Shown in pieces: positions 62,117-64,000 of a DNA stretch of 64,000 nt (within the stretch, counting starts at the first letter, position 1; every line of letters starts with the position of its first letter). Source of the stretch: Tubiluchus corallicola. Its lineage: Eukaryota; Animalia; Priapulida. The stretch spans positions 1 to 64,000 of the forward strand of contig JAQGDQ010000903.1 of NCBI GenBank assembly GCA_030141605.1, read 5' to 3'. A program made the position numbers and the translations under genes. The notes under the pieces were generated by a model that saw only the letters and a program-made list of their open reading frames with translations, did no database searches and was not told where the DNA came from.

Positions 62117-62677
62117 TTGCGTTGTATTGCATTGCATTGTATTGTATTGCACTGCACTGCATTGTACGGTACTGTACTGTACTGTACTGTACTGTACTGT
62201 ACTGTACTGTACTGTACTGTACTGTACTGTACTGTACTGTACTGTACCGTACCGTACCGTACCGTACCGTACCGTACCGTACCGTACCGTACCGTACCGT
62301 ACCGTACCGTGCCGTGCCGTATTGTATTGTATCGTATCGTATCGTATCGTATTTTGTTGTGTTGTGTTGTGTTGTGTTGTATTGTATTGTATTGTATTGT
62401 ATTGTATTGTATTGTATTGTATTGTATTGTATTGTATTGTATTGTATTGTATTGTATTGTATTGTATTGTATTGTATTGTATTGTATTGTATTGTATTGT
62501 ATTGTATTGTATTGTATTGTATTGTATTGTATTGTATTGTATTGTATTGTATTGTATTGTATTGTATTGTATTGTATTGTATTGTATTGTATTGTATTGT
62601 ATTGTATTGTATTGTATTGTATTGTATTGTATTGTATTGTATTGTATTGTATTGTATTGTATTGTATTGTATTGTAT
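62117..62677 (+). repeat. Compound pentanucleotide microsatellite (TGCAT/TGTAC/CGTAC/CGTAT/TGTGT/TGTAT)n, ~560 bp
   Basis: Seen directly; it generates the long spurious YNTIQ/CIVLY ORFs. Confidence 0.97.
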
Positions 62678-63266
62678 ACAAGTTCGGGCTGAAATGCATT
62701 TTTAAGCACTGAAACTCATGATTCATAACTTTTAAGCAGCTCAAAATGAGCTATCTTAGCGGCTCTAGATAGATATAGTTTAGAGTTTTTCACTTTAATT
62801 TGGCGCGAGTAGAAATCTTATAGTCCTTTGGCTACAAGCTAAATACCTCTAGTTAGAACCATAACGATCATAAATTCATGGGCCGAACCAGAAGCAAAAT
62901 ATGAAATCCTTGTAAATAATATTCTGAAACTGCTAATATATAAAAATGAAAGACAGTCTGCACCTAAAGAAAATCTTCACGTTTAAAACAGTTGTTGCAA
63001 AAAGTGTCAATACCTACATTTATGCTACCGAAACTTCACTTGCTATACACCACAAAGCGTTTGGATCCTGAACATTTTCTTTACCTCTTGGTCCTCTTCT
63101 GAAAGTTGTTGATGGTCTCAGTGATTGCCTGTTGTCACTGAGCTAACAGTTCTGAGCGATGAGCGTGTAAATAAGTCAGACTTCATGTTAAAGTGTGGCT
63201 CCGCCATAAAAAATATTTCTTTACTGGACTGTGGTTAATTAAAAGTCTCAGCTAAAATAAACGCTC

Positions 63267-64000
63267 TCACCGTACATAATAAAGTTTGTGTTTCTTGTCT
63301 ATCACCTTATCTATTGTTATTTGCCAGAGTTCTTCAAGCAACCACATCTGTCCGAAACAATGCACAATCATCGTATCATCTACACTAATGTTACGAACAG
63401 TAAAAATTTGAGTAACAATCAAATTATTAGCCGGAACGAATGTTGGATAACTTTCCGGTCGTATTCGAGATGAGAGAATTCCTGTAACGTAAACGTCCTC
63501 AGCTGGGACAGGTATCCTATGCCGGGAAGCATCGTATAACAATGACACCAAGTCCATACTGATGATATACCCGGCTCCAATGGCGTAGGTGGGAAAGAAT
63601 CTCTTTGGCCATTCTCGTTCTGAAACATAACCGCGCCTGAATATGCTTCTTACAGGAATTGCCCTATTCAAGACATAGCCGGATATTGTGTTGCGTTGCA
63701 GTGTCGAAACATGTTTTATCAATACATCAGGATTGACATAGACATCAGTGTCACACTTCATCAAGAACTTGGCTTCTTTACAATGCGCAGACACAACGTG
63801 TAGCATTAAAACACTTTTCAGCACCAAGTTACGATAATTTTCCTCGATATTAGTCACAAGCAAGTCACCATACTTTAACCTTTCAACTTTCAGTTTCGAT
63901 CGTTTGGCGCCCTTAACTTGACCAACAATGAACAATAATTCCACATCTTTCCTTTTCTTCAGAAAACCGCCCCATGTAGTCCTGACCATCTCGCGTCGAT
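63267..64000 (-). CDS. GT31 beta-1,3-galactosyltransferase-like protein, 3' part; the 5' end lies beyond the window
   Basis: R.TWG, LLFIVG, E...YGDLL...I.ENY.NL.LKS, MKCDTDVYVN (DxD), FPTYAIGAGYIIS, EDVYVTG; the frame is open to the window edge. Confidence 0.9.
   Translation of the reverse strand, partial: RREMVRTTWGGFLKKRKDVELLFIVGQVKGAKRSKLKVERLKYGDLLVTNIEENYRNLVLKSVLMLHVVSAHCKEAKFLMKCDTDVYVNPDVLIKHVSTLQRNTISGYVLNRAIPVRSIFRRGYVSEREWPKRFFPTYAIGAGYIISMDLVSLLYDASRHRIPVPAEDVYVTGILSSRIRPESYPTFVPANNLIVTQIFTVRNISVDDTMIVHCFGQMWLLEELWQITIDKVIDKKHKLYYVR

Noticed and set aside
61956-62744. Long ORFs (YNTIQ/CIVLY repeats) on both strands
   Set aside because: Translation of a pentanucleotide microsatellite.

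Overview
AT-rich, intron-containing eukaryotic genomic DNA, most likely from an invertebrate animal (the taxon is an inference, not shown by the sequence). Left to right: (1) a cluster of intronless rhodopsin-class GPCRs (2 intact, 2 pseudogenes, + strand), apparently inside intron 2 of a minus-strand PIGG gene and partly enclosed by a ~1.2-kb inverted duplication; (2) the 5' exons of PIGG head-to-head with a 10-exon PUS3; (3) a minus-strand PPP1R15 (GADD34/CReP-like) gene with candidate uORFs, an ATF4-type CARE site and a 3'-UTR intron; (4) an intronless PRIM2; (5) a 13-exon pancreatic-lipase-family gene whose catalytic Ser is replaced by Gly, with an antisense gene for a secreted Glu/Ala-rich protein and a decayed cyclase/kynurenine-formamidase remnant in its introns; (6) the 3' part of a GT31 beta-1,3-glycosyltransferase. 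Many MITEs (hAT, Tc1/pogo, TTAA-type), LINE remnants, tRNA-like repeats and mini/microsatellites are interspersed. All exon models were read by eye from splice signals, reading frame and family motifs; no database search was run.
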